Origin: Squalus acanthias
Lineage: Eukaryota
DNA: 64,000 nucleotides
Reading direction: 5' to 3'
NCBI GenBank assembly: GCA_030390025.1
Contig: CM059432.1
Location: 868,001-932,000, forward strand
This document shows positions 12,741 through 25,895 of this stretch, one piece after another. A model generated the notes under the pieces. That model was not told the DNA's origin, made no database searches, and was given only the letters and a program-made list of their open reading frames with translations. The position numbers were made by a program, and so were the translations under genes. How positions within the stretch are numbered: the stretch's first letter is position 1; each line of letters opens with the position of its first letter.

Positions 12741-13344
12741 ACCAGGGAAGCAGGCACTGACATGGTGGAAATCCCACTTGCCAAAGATCTGACCTTGTAA
12801 GGGCCAGAAAGAAAACTAACCTTACAATTTCAAAATTAGCCAGAGTGTAATATAGCACTGTTCATTGATAGCACTGGCATCACTCAGCTGTGCTTCTGTA
12901 GGGGCTGGGCTGGGAAACAGCAGTGAAATCTGTGGCTTTGCATAAGCTTGCCTCAGCTGGGCAGACCACGTCATCGAGCGTTGAAGAGGGCGTGCCCGAC
13001 ATCTGGGATACTTATGAGGCCCAGTTGGACATACCGTACTGTGCAATGGGGAATTGTTGGAGCATTTAATGGGCAAGTCCTACAAACAGCAATGAGATAA
13101 TGACCCGATAATCGTGATGATGTGAGGGATAAATATTGGCCCAGGGTACTTGGGAAGTCCCACTAGAAACAGTGGTGGAAGCAGAATCCATAATGGCGAT
13201 GCTGCAAGATTCTATGATTCTGTAAAAGAGACATATTTCAAATCAAACATCCATGAGGTGCCCTCCAAGGTCTAGATTTTTCCATTGACAAATGTTCACT
13301 GTTACCTGGACATGTTTGGTGATTGCTTGATTCAATTCTCCTCT

Positions 13345-13810
13345 CTCTGGGATGAGAGGGCTGTCCTGTGATGAGAGATTGAGTAGAATGGGCCTATACT
13401 CTCTGGAGTTTAGCAGAATGAGAGGTGATCTCATTGAAACATATAAGATTCTGAGGGGGATTGACAGGGTAGATGCTGAGAGGTTGTTTCCCCCTGGCTG
13501 GAGTGTCTAGAACCGGGGGTCACAGTCTCAGGATAAGGGGTCGGACATTTTAAGACTGAGATGAGGAGGAATTTCTTCACTCAGAGGGTTGTGAATCTTT
13601 GGAATTCTCTGCCCCAGAGGGCTGTGGATGCTGAGTCGTTGAGTATATTCAAGGCTGAGATAGAGAGATTTTTGGGGAATCAAGGGATATGGGAATCGGG
13701 CGGGAAAGTGGAGTTGAGGTAGAAGATCAGCGATGATCTTATTGAATGGAGGAGTAGGCTCGAGGGGCCGTATGGCCGACTCCTGCTCCTAATTCTTGTG
13801 TTGTTATGTT
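13345..13810 (+). mobile_element. CR1-type LINE 3' fragment
   Basis: LYSLEF..MRGDLIETYKIL / FFTQRVVNLWNSLP motifs and CR1 tail. Confidence 0.85.
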
Positions 13811-14060
13811 CTCTCTGTATTCTGTGTCCCCACATGAGCAGAGTGTATCAATCTAATCTCACTCAGACTGTTACTGCAGAAGTCCAGAACTGACCCTTCA
13901 TGGACTTGAGACTTTTTTTGTTTTCCCATTGTTTCAGTCATAGTCTTTTGACAAGCTGAAACATTTTGGTGGCTTATCTCTTCTAGTCATCCTGTGAAAT
14001 GCATATCATCACGCATCATTTTTATATCAGCTAATCAACAAAATCCACCTGAAATATATT

Positions 14061-14628
14061 GGCTCATATTTTCCGATGCGATCTGGAAAAATCTGTGCCC
14101 TTACCTGAGGGCTCCCGGGACGCACATGCTTCCGCTCCTGGGCCTCACCAAACTTGAAGTGCGCAGGGCCCACGTATCCCAGGGGCGCATGTAGTTCGCA
14201 GAGTCCCTGGGATCACGTGGGCCATGGGGAGCCAATCACAGAAGGAAATCTCCCTTCATACATTTGACAGGAAGACCTGTCAAATATATGAATGGAGATC
14301 AATGAAAAAACATATAAATCAGTGAAAACATTTTTTTTTTAACTTTTTTCAACTTTTATCCTGGTAAAAGCAGGCCTTACGTCTGCTTTTACGAGGCATA
14401 AGAATTGTTAGGGTATTCTGCAGGCAGAGGGTCTCCAAAAAGCAGAATTATCTGCTTGCTGAGGCCCTTCTCTGGGGCAGCCGGAGGATCTGTCAAGACC
14501 ATTCTTGACAGATCGGAAATGCCGGTTTTCAGCGCATGCGCTGTGCATGCCTGAAACTGGCATTTCCGATGTCCCTATGGGTGGGTACACAGTGCGTACC
14601 CACCCGTAGGGATCAGAATATCTGGGCC
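14061..14628. mobile_element. MITE, PIF/Harbinger-type (family shared with ~24190-24826 and 26950-28707)
   Basis: Imperfect TIR ggctcatattttccgat / atcagaatatctgggcc, TSD ATT; internal hairpins tttgacag..ctgtcaaa and gtaaaagcaggc..gtctgcttttac. Confidence 0.75.
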
Positions 14629-15337
14629 ATTATAAGTAGATTTATCCCAAAAGTATGTTACTCCGATATCTAAAGTACACTGATCAAAGAATCAGATTAA
14701 TGCTGAATCATTTTCTGGCAGTGTTCATCGAATCATACAGCACAGAACACGAAAGGAGAACATCGTGCCTGTGCCGGCTCTTTGAAAGAGCTCTCCAATT
14801 AGTCCCACTCCTCTGCTCTTTCCCCATAGCCCTAAATCATTTTCCATTTCAAGTATTTATCCAATTCCCTTTTGAAAGTTACTATTGAATCTGCTTCCAC
14901 CGCCCTTTCAGGCAGCACGTTCCAGATCACAACAACTCACTGTGTAAAAAAAATTCTCCTCATCTCTCCATCTGGTTCTTTTGCCAATGTTGTTTAATTC
15001 GTGTCCTCTGGTTACCGACCCTCCTGCCAGTGGAAACGGTTTCTCCCTATTTATGCTGTCTATTTACATGATTTTGAACACAAATTTATATATCATTGTG
15101 ATTGTCCATAATGTTATCCTTATAAATGGCACTGTCTTTAGTCTCGTCATCTCCCCCTCTGGTTCTTTTTCCAGTTACCTTAAACCATTTATCTTTATAA
15201 TTATGAAACTATGTAAAGGATGTTTATTTATAGTTTCTGTGTAAGGTATTACTTGTCGAAATTTGTCGGCTCCAATTCAAAACATTGACGCCAGTTGCCT
15301 CTGATTGCGTGTTACTGACACGAGTTGTGATGTTCAG

Positions 15338-15453
15338 GTTGCAGTGCGAGTGTCAGCATAACACCTGTGGAATATTGTGTGACCGGTGTTGCCCCGGATA
15401 CAGTCAGAAACTATGGCAACCAGCTACAACTTCAACTGCCAATGAGTGTGAAC
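15338..15453 (+). CDS. LAMA3: Laminin alpha3-like exon 7, LE1
   Basis: ttcAG|...|GTgagt, 116 bp; (Q)[38 protein letters not shown]. Confidence 0.94.
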
Positions 15454-15574
15454 GTGAGTATTACCATTCATACTTCTATTATCTAAGCACAGGTTAAGAG
15501 GCATTGCTGCCCTCGGGGAGCAGTTTTTAGTAACAGGCACGAAGCAACCTGCCTGTTTTTATTTATTCATTCCT

Positions 15575-16055
15575 GGGATGTGGGCGCCGCTGGCAAGGTC
15601 AGCATTTATGGCCCATCCCTAATGGTGGTGGTGAGCCACCTTCTTGAACCGCTGCAGTCCGTGCGGCGAAGGTACTCCCACAGCAATATTCCTGTTAAGT
15701 TGCGCGGTGGCCTGGCGGTCCCGGCTTTTGAGTGGAAAAATCGCGCATTCGCGGAAATTTGAATGGGCCGCGCAGCCCATTAAAGGGGTCGTGCACCCAA
15801 AAAAAAATTAGAGGGAACTTTGTCCCACAGCGCTGTTAGGGAGGGAGTTTCAGGATTTTGACCCAGAGACGATGAAGGAACGGCCGATATATGTCCAGTT
15901 CGGGATGGTGTGAGGCTTGGAGGGGAACTTGGAGGTGGTGGTGTTCCCATGCGCCTGCTGCCCTTGTCCTTCTAGGTTGCGGGTTTGGGAGGTGCTGCCG
16001 AAGAAGTCTTGGCGAGTTGCTGCAGTGCATCTTGTAGATGGTACACACTGCAGCA
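15575..16055 (-). mobile_element. LINE 3' fragment (CR1/L2-superclade-like family), interrupted by a hAT MITE
   Basis: Minus-strand CTIYKMHCSNSPRLLRQHLP...; same family at 12270-12400 and 37350-37660. Confidence 0.65.
15684..15822. mobile_element. Short hAT-type MITE
   Basis: Perfect 8-bp TSD TCCCACAG; ends caatattcc / ggaactttg; sister copy at 25036. Confidence 0.8.
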
Positions 16056-16605
16056 CATTAGGTGCCTGGGATGGTTTCCATGCTAGTTTTCATTTTACGC
16101 ATATATTGTTTGTGTGGGGGAAGACACAGTCAGTGACGCAATAATATAATTTCTGTGTAAACTTGTAAGTTAGTAACTAAGTTAGATCAATACATAAATC
16201 AATTCATTCCAACAAAAATACTCTTTCATTGAAAAATAATCTTTATGAACTAATTGCAAAGCAGTTGAGAAGTCAAAAGATGCATTTTTCTGCCCTTGCT
16301 CCCCAACGCTCGACCCGCGACCCCCAAGCCCCCACTCTGTCAATGTTCGTGTCCAGGACCAGAATTACCAGGAAAAAATGTGCATGGTTATGGGGAAAGA
16401 GCAGGGGGAGTGGGACTAATTGGAGAGCTCTTTCAAAGAGCCGGCACAGGCACGATTGCATTCGGCCTTCTTCGGTGCTGTATCATTCCTGTCCCAAACA
16501 GGAAAGACAGGAACAGTAGCATGGAGATTGGCAGCGAGAGGGTCCCGATTGGAGTTCAACATCTTGGGGAGGTAAGAGGGATTTAAACGGTTCCAAAAAA
16601 ATGAT

Positions 16606-17455
16606 ACCTCCAGCTAAACATTGGGAAGACCGAAGCCATTGTTTTCAGTTCCTGCCACAAACTCCGTTCCTTAGCCATCAACTCTATCCCTCTCCCTAAC
16701 ATCTGTCTGAGGCTGAACCACACTGTTCGCAACCTTGGTGTCATATTTGACCCTGAAATGAGTTTCCGACCACATATCCGCAGCATAACAAAGACCGCCT
16801 ATTTCCACCTCTGTAACATTGCTCATCTCTGCCCTTGCCTCAGCTCATCCGCTGCTGAAACCCTCATCCATGCCTTTGTTACCTCTAGACTTGACTATTC
16901 CAATGCATTCCTGGCTGGCCTCCCACATTCCATCCAAAGCTTGGCTGCCTGTGTCCTAACTCGCACCAAGTCCCGTTCAAACATCACCCCTGTGCTCGCT
17001 GACCTACATTGGCTCCCAGTTAAGCAATGCCTCGATCTTAAAATTCTCATCCTTGTTTTCAAATCCCTCCATGGCCTCGCCCCTCCCCCCCTCCCTATCT
17101 CTGTAATCTCCTCCAGCCCCACAACCCCCCCCCCCCCCCCCCCCCCCGAGATATCTGCGCTCCTCCAATTCTGGCCTCTTAGGCATCCCTGATTATAATC
17201 GCTCCACCATTAGTGGCCGTGCCTTCTGTTACCTAGGCCCCAAGCTCTAGAATTCCTTCCCTAAACCTCTCCGCCTCTCTTTCCTCCTTTAAGACGCTCC
17301 TCAAAGCCTACCTCTTTGACCAAGCTTTATGGTCACCTGTCCTAATTTCTTTTTATGTGGCTCGGCGTCAAATTTTGTTTTATAACACTCCTGTGAAGCG
17401 CCTTAGGACATTTTACTACATTAAAGGCGCTATATAAATACAAGTTGTTGTTGTT
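16606..17455 (+). mobile_element. L2-type LINE 3' fragment
   Basis: ORF 16758-17192 AETLIHAFVTSRLDYSN...ITPVLADLHWLPV (L2 ORF2 hallmark); tail aaggcgctatataaatacaag(ttg)n; internal C23 run 17125-17147. Confidence 0.9.
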
Positions 17456-18488
17456 CTTCTTCCACCTTCTCCTGGGATCCCCACAGACAAGATTAAACCC
17501 ACCGGGAGCCTCCACGATTGACAATGGAAGACTTTCTAGGGTTAAAGAAAGACAGACTTGCATTTATATAGAGCCTTTCACAACCTCAGGACATCCCAAA
17601 GCATGTTACAGACAATGAAATACTTTTGAAGTGTAGTCACTGTTGTAATGCAGAAAATGCGGCAGCCAATTTGCGCACAGCAAGCTCCCACAAACAGCAA
17701 TGTGATAATGACCAGATAATCTGTTTTTAGATGTTGGCTGAGGGATATATATTGGCCAGCACACAAACAGGAGGCGGTTCCCTGATTAGACTGCCACTAG
17801 GGATGCATCTGGGATGCTCACCATAGCAGCAATGCCGGAAAGGCCAGCAGAGGAATGGTGGACCAGAGGAGGGAGGTGCTGGGTCCCCCCATGCCCGCGC
17901 TCCCTCTAACAGAAACCTGTAGGTGCCCCAATGGCCCCTTACAATGGCCCACTGACTATTGGAGTATTGTTTCCAGCCTTTGCAGCATAGGTACGTCCCC
18001 AAAGGAAGGGTATCACTCTGGTTCTCTTGCCTACACTGTCAAGAGTAGCATTGGTAGAAATCGAGGGCAAGTTTCCCCCTGGTGTCGCCGCCAGCAAATG
18101 ACATGTGGTCAAGGGAGACCTAAAAAGAAAGAGTAGGAGCACAGGAACATGGGAATAGGAGGAGACCATTCAGCCCCTTGAGCCTGTTCCACCATCCAAT
18201 TACATCACGGCTGATCTGTATCTCAACTCCATTTACTCATCTTGGTTCCATGTCCCTCAATAACCTTACCCAACAAAAATCTACCAATCTCAGTTTTGAA
18301 TTTTTCTATTGACCCCCCAGCCTCAGCAGCTTTTTGGGGGAGAGAGTTCCAGATTTCCACCACCCTTTGTGTGAAGAAGTGCTTCCTGACATCACCCCTG
18401 AACGGCCTGGCTCTAATTTTAAGGTTACGCCCCCTTGTTCTGGACTCCCCCACACACCAGAGGAAATAGTTTCTCTCACTCTACCCTA

Positions 18489-20750
18489 GAAAGTCCTGCA
18501 AGAGAGGGGGCGCAGTGGACCTAATTCTAGGGAATGTAGCCGGGCAAGTGGTAGAAGTGTCAGTAGGAGAGCATTTTGGTGACAGTGACCATAATTCGGT
18601 GAGATTTAAGGTAGTCATGGAAAAGGACAAAGATGGACCGGAAATAAAGGTTCTAAATTGGGGGAAGGCCGATTTTAATATGATAAGGCAGGATCTGGCC
18701 AAAGTGGACTGGGATCAGCTACTTGTAGGAAAATCCACATCAGTCTTTCAGAAAGGAAATAGAGAGAGTACAAGGCCAACATGTTCCCCTAAAGGTTAAG
18801 GGTGGGACCAACAAGCCCAGGGAACCCTGGATGTCAAGGGATATACGAGAATGGATTAGGAAAAAAAGGGAGGCTTTTGGCAGATACAAAGGACTAAAAA
18901 CAGTGGAAGCCCTAGAGGAGTATAGAAAGTGCAGGGGGGTACTTAAAATAGAAATTAGGAGAGCGAAGAGGGGGCATGAAAAAACACTGGCGGGCAAAAT
19001 AAAAGGAAAATCCCAAGGTGTTTTATAAGTATATTAAGGGCAAGAGGATAACCAGGGAAAGAGTAGGGCCCATTCGAGACCAAAGTGGCAATCTGTGTGT
19101 AGAGCCGGAAGATGTAGGTGAGGTTTTAAATGAATATTTTGCATCTGTGTTCACTATGGAGAAGGACGATGTAGGCATAGAAATCAGGCAGGGGTATTGT
19201 GATATACTTGAACAAATTAGTATTGAGAGGGAGGAGGTACTAGCGGTTTTAGCGGGCTTAAAAGTGGATAAATCCCCAGGCCCAGACGAGATGTATCCCA
19301 GGCTGCTGTGTGAGGCAAGGGAGGAGATTGCAGGGGCTCTGACATAAATTTTCAGAACCTCTCTGGCCACAGGGGAGGTGCCAGAGGACTGGAGAACAGC
19401 TAACGTAGTACCATTATGCAAGAAGGGTAGTAGGGATAAACCAGGGAATTGCAGGCCAGTGAGCCTAACATCAGTGGTAGGGAAATTATTGGAAAAAATT
19501 CTGAGGGACTGAATTAGTCTCCACTTGGAGAGGCAAGGATTAATCAAGGATAGTCAGCATGGCTTTGTCAGGGGGAGATCATGTCTGACCAATTTGATTG
19601 AATTTTTCAAGGGGGTGACTAGGTGTGTGGATGAGGGTAGTGCAGTTGATGTAGTCTACATGGACTTCAGTAAGGCTTTTGACAAAGTCCCGCTTGGGAG
19701 ACTGGTCAAGAAGTTAAGAGCCCATGGGATCCAGGGCAACTTGGCACATTGGATCCAAAATTGGCTTAGTGGCAGGAGGCAGAGGGTGATGGTCGAAGGT
19801 TGTTTTTGTGACTGGAAGCCTGTGTCCAGTGGTGTACCGCAGGGTGCTGGGTCCTTTGCTGTTTGTAGTGTACATTAATGATACAGATATGAATGTAGGA
19901 AGTATGATCAGTAAGTTCGCAGATGACACGAAAATTGGTGTGGTGGTAAATAGCGAGGAGGGAAGCCTCAGGCTACAGGACGATATAGACGGGTTGGTCA
20001 GATGGGCAGAACAGTGGCAAATGGAATTTAACCCTGAAAAGTGTGAGGTGATGCATTTTGGGAGGACTAAGAAGGCAAGGGAATACACAATGAATGGTCG
20101 GACCCTAGGAAGGACAGAGGATCAGAGGGACCTTGGTGTGCATGTACATAGATCCCTGAAGGCAGCAGGACAGGTAGATAAGGTGGTTAAAAAGGCATAT
20201 GGGATACTTGCCTTCATTAGCCGAGGCATAGAATATAAGAGCAGGGAGGTTATGATGGAGCTGTACAAAATTCTAGTTAGGCCACAGCTGGAATACTGGA
20301 ATAGCACTTCAGCTATGAAGAGAGACTGGACCGGCTGGGGTTGTTTTCCTTAGAGCAAAGAAGGCTGAGGGGGGACCTGATTGAGGTGTACAAAATTATG
20401 AAGGGCATAGATAGGGTAGATAGAAAGGAACTTTTCCCCTTAGTAGAGGGGTCAATAACCAGGGGGCAAAGTTTCAAGGTAAGGGGCAGAAGGTTTAGAG
20501 GGGATTTGCGGAAAAACTTTTTCACCCAGAGGGTGGTTGGACTCTGGAACTCACTGCCTGAAAGGGTGGTAGAGGCAGGAACCCTCACAACATTCAAGAA
20601 GCATTTAGATGAGCACTCGAAACGCCATAGCATACAAGGCTACGGACCAAGTGCTGGAAAATGGGATTAGAATAGACAGGGCTTGATGGCTGGCGCGGAA
20701 ACGATGGGCCGAAGGGCCTCTTTCTGTGCTGTATAACTCTATGACTCTAT
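18489..20750 (+). mobile_element. 5'-truncated CR1 LINE, decayed ORF2 (endonuclease end + RT)
   Basis: ORF pieces SDHNSVRF, KSPGPD, QHGFVRGRSCLTNL, DFSKAFDKVP, GVPQG, KFADDTK; stops, frameshifts and an internal deletion near 20300; tail (gactctat)n; interrupts a minus-strand CR1 piece (18133-18488 / 22559-22670). Confidence 0.93.
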
Positions 20751-21649
20751 GGGGGGAAAATTCAGTTGGTTGTGCCTCCCGTTAGCGCCTTAAGAGGGCG
20801 CTAATGGGCCGCAAAGCATCTAGCGCCCGGGCGTGGCGATGTTTGCGCCGCTCGCGAAATTAACTAGACATTTTGCGGCGGCGCTAAACACTACCGCCAC
20901 GATCTCCTGCGCCGGCAGATCGTGACGTCAGTCGAGTGCGCAACGCCCCAGTATCGCCCCGGAGTGGATATTCAGTGGCGCCCCCTGCCTTACCGCCTGC
21001 CGCTAGCAACGACAGGTTGAGGGGAGCGTTTTGCAGTCAGGAAGGGACTGGGGGAGCGCTATTTAAAGGTGACCGCTTCCTGCCTTTTTTTGTTGGTGAC
21101 ATTTTAGAACCATGCATTGTGAGAGAGAGAGAGAGAGAGAGAGACTTCTGGTGAGATTCAACGCTGTGTGAAGGAGTTTTGGGTACTGAGCAGCACTTTG
21201 CAGGTACATTTTGATTTGCCCTTCCTTGTATCGATTTAGAAGAGATTGTGGGGGCTGCACTCTGAGCTCTTTCCCTGGTACTCTCCATTGTTCTTTCCAG
21301 CAGATTTGATGTGCAGGTCTCTCCAGGCCGAGATTCAAGGCTGCAATGAGCAGGATGTGGATGGAAAGCAAGATCAACCCTTCCCTTTAAGAACTGGCCC
21401 GCACCATTGTGTCTGTGTTCCATTGCTGACTGGGATCGCATGAGCTTCGCCAGCGCTCTGAGGTAGCGCCTTGCTCCTCGGCCTTTGCGCCTTAACACAG
21501 GTGTGAAGCGCCTGATTTAGCGCTCCAATCACCTCCAGGGGCGATAAAAGTCAAGTTTACAGTCGGTGGAGATAATTAGCGCCAGGCGCTAATCTTTGCG
21601 CCCGGCCGATAATTGCGCCCCAAATAGGTCGATACTGAATTTCTCCCTC
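20751..21649 (+). mobile_element. ~895-bp Harbinger-type MITE, copy 1
   Basis: TIR ggggggaaaattcag / ctgaatttctccctc, flanks TAT/TAC; internal (GA)n. Confidence 0.88.
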
Positions 21650-21660
21650 TACGACTGTAA

Positions 21661-22555
21661 GGGGGAGAAATTCAGTATCGCCCCATTTGGGGCGCAAATA
21701 TCGGCCGGGCACAAAGATTAGCGCCTGGTGCTAACTATCGCCACCGACTGCAAACTTGACTTTTATCGCCCCTGGAGGTGATTGGAGCGCTAAATCAGGC
21801 GCTTCACACCTGTCTTAAGGCGCAAAGGCCGAGGAGCGAGGCACTACCTCAGAGCGCTGGCGAAGCTCATGTGATGTCAGTCAGCAATGGAACACACACA
21901 CAATGGCATGGGCCAGTTCTTAAAGGGGATGGTTGATCTTGCTTTCCATCCACATCCTGCTCATTGCAGCCTTGAATCTCGGCCTGGAGAGACCTGCACA
22001 TCAAATGTGCTGGAAAGAACAATGGAGAGTACCAGGGAAAGAGCTCAGAGTGCAGCCCCCACAGTCTCTTCTAAATCGATACAAGGAAGGGCTAATCAAA
22101 ATGAACCTGCAAAGTGCTGCTCAGTACCCAAAACTCCTTCACACAGCGTTGAATCTCTCCAGAAGTCTCTCTCTCTCTCTCTCTCAGAATGCGTGGTTCA
22201 AAAATGGCACCAACAATAAAAGGTAGGAAGCGGTCGCCTTTAAGTAGCGCTCCCCCAGTCCCTTCCTGACTGCAAAACGCTCCCTGCAACCTGTCGTTGC
22301 TAGCGTCAGGCGGTAAGGCAGGGGGCGCCACTCAATATCCGCTCCCGGACGATACCGGGGCGTTGCGCACTCGACTGACGTCACGATCTGCCTGCGCAGG
22401 AGATCGTGGCGGTAGTGTTTAGCGCCGCCGCAAAATGTCTAGTTAATTTCGCGAGCGGCGCAAACATCGCCGCGCCTGGGCGCTAGATGCTTTGCGCCCC
22501 ATTAGCGCCCTCTTAAGGCGCTAACGGGAGGCGCAACCAACTGAATTTTTCCCCC
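21661..22555 (-). mobile_element. ~895-bp Harbinger-type MITE, copy 2 (inverted)
   Basis: TIR gggggagaaattcag / ctgaatttttccccc, perfect TSD TAA (PIF/Harbinger signature). Confidence 0.9.
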
Positions 22556-23304
22556 TAACTCCTTTAATCATCTTAAACACCTCGATTAGATCACCCCTTA
22601 ATCTTCTATACTCGAGGGAATACAAGCCTAGTCTGTGCAACTTGTCCTCACAATTTAATCCTTTTAGCTCAACAAGTTGTGTTGTTGATTTTCACTATTG
22701 ATGGGCCAATAGATATCGTGATGGGTTACGACGATATAACCTCCAGCATGGTTGTTTTTTTTATTAGAAATATATTTTAGAGTTGCTGTTGGGCTGTAAT
22801 TGCTAATCTCTCTTAAACATTGTGCTCAGTGTTTGCACAGAGAATCTATTTCCCCAAATAGCACTCTTTGTTTGTGCAGTGCAGATTGAACAGTGATGTT
22901 TGCAGCTACATTCTGGTGCGGAATACGCTGGGTGTCTGCCAACAGCTCCTAAAGAGAAATGTTTCCTCCTTTTTTACGGCTTCTTTTGTTACGTTCCATT
23001 CCTGCAATTCTTAAGATAGACTTGCCTTGACCAAGTGAAAAATAGAGGGTGAACCCTTGAACTCCAAACAACACGGGCTAACGATTTGATGTTGACATTA
23101 TTTGTAACGTCCCTAACAACATAGGTTGTTTCCCACAAAAAAAGCATGAGAACAGAAAAGAGATAAACGGCCCCTCTCATTCTCCAGTAACCTGGTTCAC
23201 TTTTTGACAGTTCCTTTCCTGGGAATTGGAGTCCAGTTAATTTAATGCAAATTATCAGCTGCCGGATTTTGCCCCTTCATACCTAAAAACCTTTTCCACA
23301 AATC

Positions 23305-23800
23305 AACAACAACCTGCATTTATATAGCGCCTTTAACGTAGTAAAACATCCCAAGGCGCTTCACAGGAGCGTTATCCGACACAATTTAACACTGAGCCAC
23401 ATAAGGAGATGTTAGAACAGCTGACCAAAAGCTTGGTCAATGAGGGAGGTTTTAAGGAGCGTCTTAAAGGAGGAGAGAGAGGCGGAGAGGTTTAGGGAGG
23501 GAATTCCAGAGCTTAGGGCCCAGGCAGCTAAAGGCACGGCTGCCAATGGTGGAGCGATTATAATCGGCCATGAGCAAGAGGCCAGAATTGGAGGAGGGCA
23601 GATATCTCGGAGGGCTGTCGGGCAGGAGGAGGTTACAGAGATAGGGAGAGGCGATGGATTTGAACACAAGGATGAGAATTTTAAATTGGAGGCGTTGCCA
23701 GACTGGGAGCCAATGTAGGGCAGCGAGCACAGGGGTGATGGGTGAACAGGACTTAGTGTGAGTTAGAGTACGGGCATCAAAGCTTTGGGTGACCTCAAGT
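23305..23800 (-). mobile_element. L2-type LINE 3' fragment
   Basis: ORF 23464-23838 ITPVLAALHWLPV...AFSCLGPKLWNSLP. Confidence 0.85.
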
Positions 23801-24189
23801 ATATGTCTATTATCTGACAGTGGAAGATAGGTTAACATTTTAAATAGGGATCCTTTATAAGAAATCTGAGTTCTGATGAATGGTCACTCCCAAAATGTTA
23901 AAATATTTTTCTCTTTCAGATACTGGCCATCCTGAGATGCATTTCTATCATTTTCTGTTTTTATTTTCAATGTCTAGCATTCAAGTTGTTAAAAAACATT
24001 TCTGCATTCATTATCATTGCGTACAACACCAGTACCTCATTGGTATTGTTAGAATTATATACTACTCTTTATCAACCACTGCCCAGAAAAACCTGTTTTA
24101 TAGTTGTTTTCAAAGGATAGTATGATAAAAAAAATGTGATGCTAGCGGGCAATGGATTAAATACGTTGGCCCTGGTTCCGTAGATCCCG

Positions 24190-24826
24190 AGGCTTGCGAT
24201 CCTGGGCCTCTCCGGGTCCGCGCGGGCAGAGGCCCAGGTATCCCAGGGGCGCATGCAGTTCACAAGTACCCCGGGATCACGTGGGCCAGGCGAACCAATC
24301 AAAGAAGGGAATCTCCCTTCATAATTTTGACAGGGCTCTACGCACAGAACTGTCAAAAGTTCGGGGATCACGTTTAAAAACACAGTAAAACATTAAATAA
24401 ATTTTTTAAATTACATAATTAAAATTAATTAAAATTCCATTTAATTAAATATTTTTTTAAAAATTTACTTTTTTTACGGGGCTAAAAATAAACTTACCTT
24501 TTTGAAGAGTATTTTTAATTTATAAATGAGTTAGCAAATTTAATTTTTCTACTTTTCAACACTCTTAAGCTGGTAAAAGCAGGCCTCACGCCTGCTTTTA
24601 CCAGGCGTAATAATTCCACGGCCTTTCAGCGGGCGGAAGTTGTGCAAAAAGCGGAACTCTCCACCCGCAGAGGCCCTTCTCCCGGGGATGCGGATGATCT
24701 GTTAGGAGAATTCTTGACAGATCGCAAGTACCTGGTTTTAGCGCATGCGCTTCGCACGCCTAAACCCGGCACTTGCGCGGCCCCTACGGGCACGTACACA
24801 CCCGTGGGGGTGGCAAAATTAGGCTC
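24190..24826. mobile_element. MITE related to 14061-14628 (left end unclear)
   Basis: Shared body gtatcccaggggcgcatg...gggatcacgtgggcca; hairpin ctggtaaaagcaggc/gcctgcttttaccag. Confidence 0.7.
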
Positions 24827-25035
24827 ATAGAATTACATCGAGTTTACAGCACAGAAACAGGCTATTTGGCTCAACTAGTCCATGCCGGTGTTTCTGCTCC
24901 ACACGAGGCTCCTCCACCTTACTTCATCTCACCCCATCAGCATACCCTTCTATTCCTTTCTCCCTCGTGCACTTATCTAGCTTTCCCTTAAAGGCATCTA
25001 TGCTATTCGCCACAACAACTCAATGTGGTAGCAAG

Positions 25036-25201
25036 CAGTGTTCGCTTTAAGCGGCGCAGCCACTCAGCGCTCCAGAAGTCCCACGCAGCCGGTGAGCCGG
25101 CTTTTAAATTGTAAAAACCCGCGCACGTGTGGACTTTTGAATGGGCCATACAGCCCGTTAAAAGGGCCGCGCAGCCCCCCAAAAAATTACGGGGAACATA
25201 G
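25036..25201. mobile_element. Short hAT-type MITE in a CR1 fragment
   Basis: Perfect 8-bp TSD GTAGCAAG; ends cagtgttc / gaacatag. Confidence 0.8.
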
Positions 25202-25333
25202 GTAGCAAGTTCCACATTCTCACCACTCACTGGGTAAAGAAATTTCTCCTGAATTCCTATGGAATAGTTGAATAATTGTATGTGCTCAGTTTGATAACTG
25301 CACAAGGACTGATCATAATATTGCGAGACTCGA

Positions 25334-25895
25334 CTGTTCCAATGCTTTCCTGGCCGGCCTCCCACCTTCTATTCTCCGTAAACTTCAGCTCATCCAAAAC
25401 TCTGCTGCCCCGTGTCTAACTTGCACCCAGTCCCGCTCACCCATCACCCCTGTGCTCGCTGACCTACATTGGCTCCCGGTCCAGCAACGCCTTGATTTAA
25501 AAATTCTCATCCTAGTGTTCAAATCTCTCCATGGTCTCGCCCCTCCCTATCTCTGTAACCTCCTCCAGCCCTACAACTCTCCCAGATCTCTGCGCTCCTC
25601 CAATTGTGACCACTTGCGCATCCACGATATTAATCGCTCCGCCATTGGCGGCCGTGCCTTCAGCTGCCGAGGCCCTAAGCTCTGGAATTCCCTCCCTAAA
25701 CCTGTCCGCCTCGCTACCTCTCTCTCCTCCTTTAAGACGCTCCTTAAAACCTACCTCTTTGATCAAGCTTTTGATCATCTGCCCTAATATCTCCTTATGT
25801 GGCTCGGTGTCAAACTTTGTTTGGTAATCGCTCCTGTGAAGCGCCTTGGGACATTTTACTATGTTAAAGGCACTATAGAAATGCGAGTTGCTGTT
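25334..25895 (+). mobile_element. L2-type LINE 3' fragment
   Basis: ORF 25452-25787 LADLHWLPVQQRLDLKIL...GRAFSCRGPKLWNSLP. Confidence 0.88.

Noticed and set aside
21037..22226. Recurrent ~100-150 aa ORFs (MEHTHNG...) also seen at 30944
   Set aside because: They recur only because the MITE is repeated; lengths and frames vary and no domain is recognisable.
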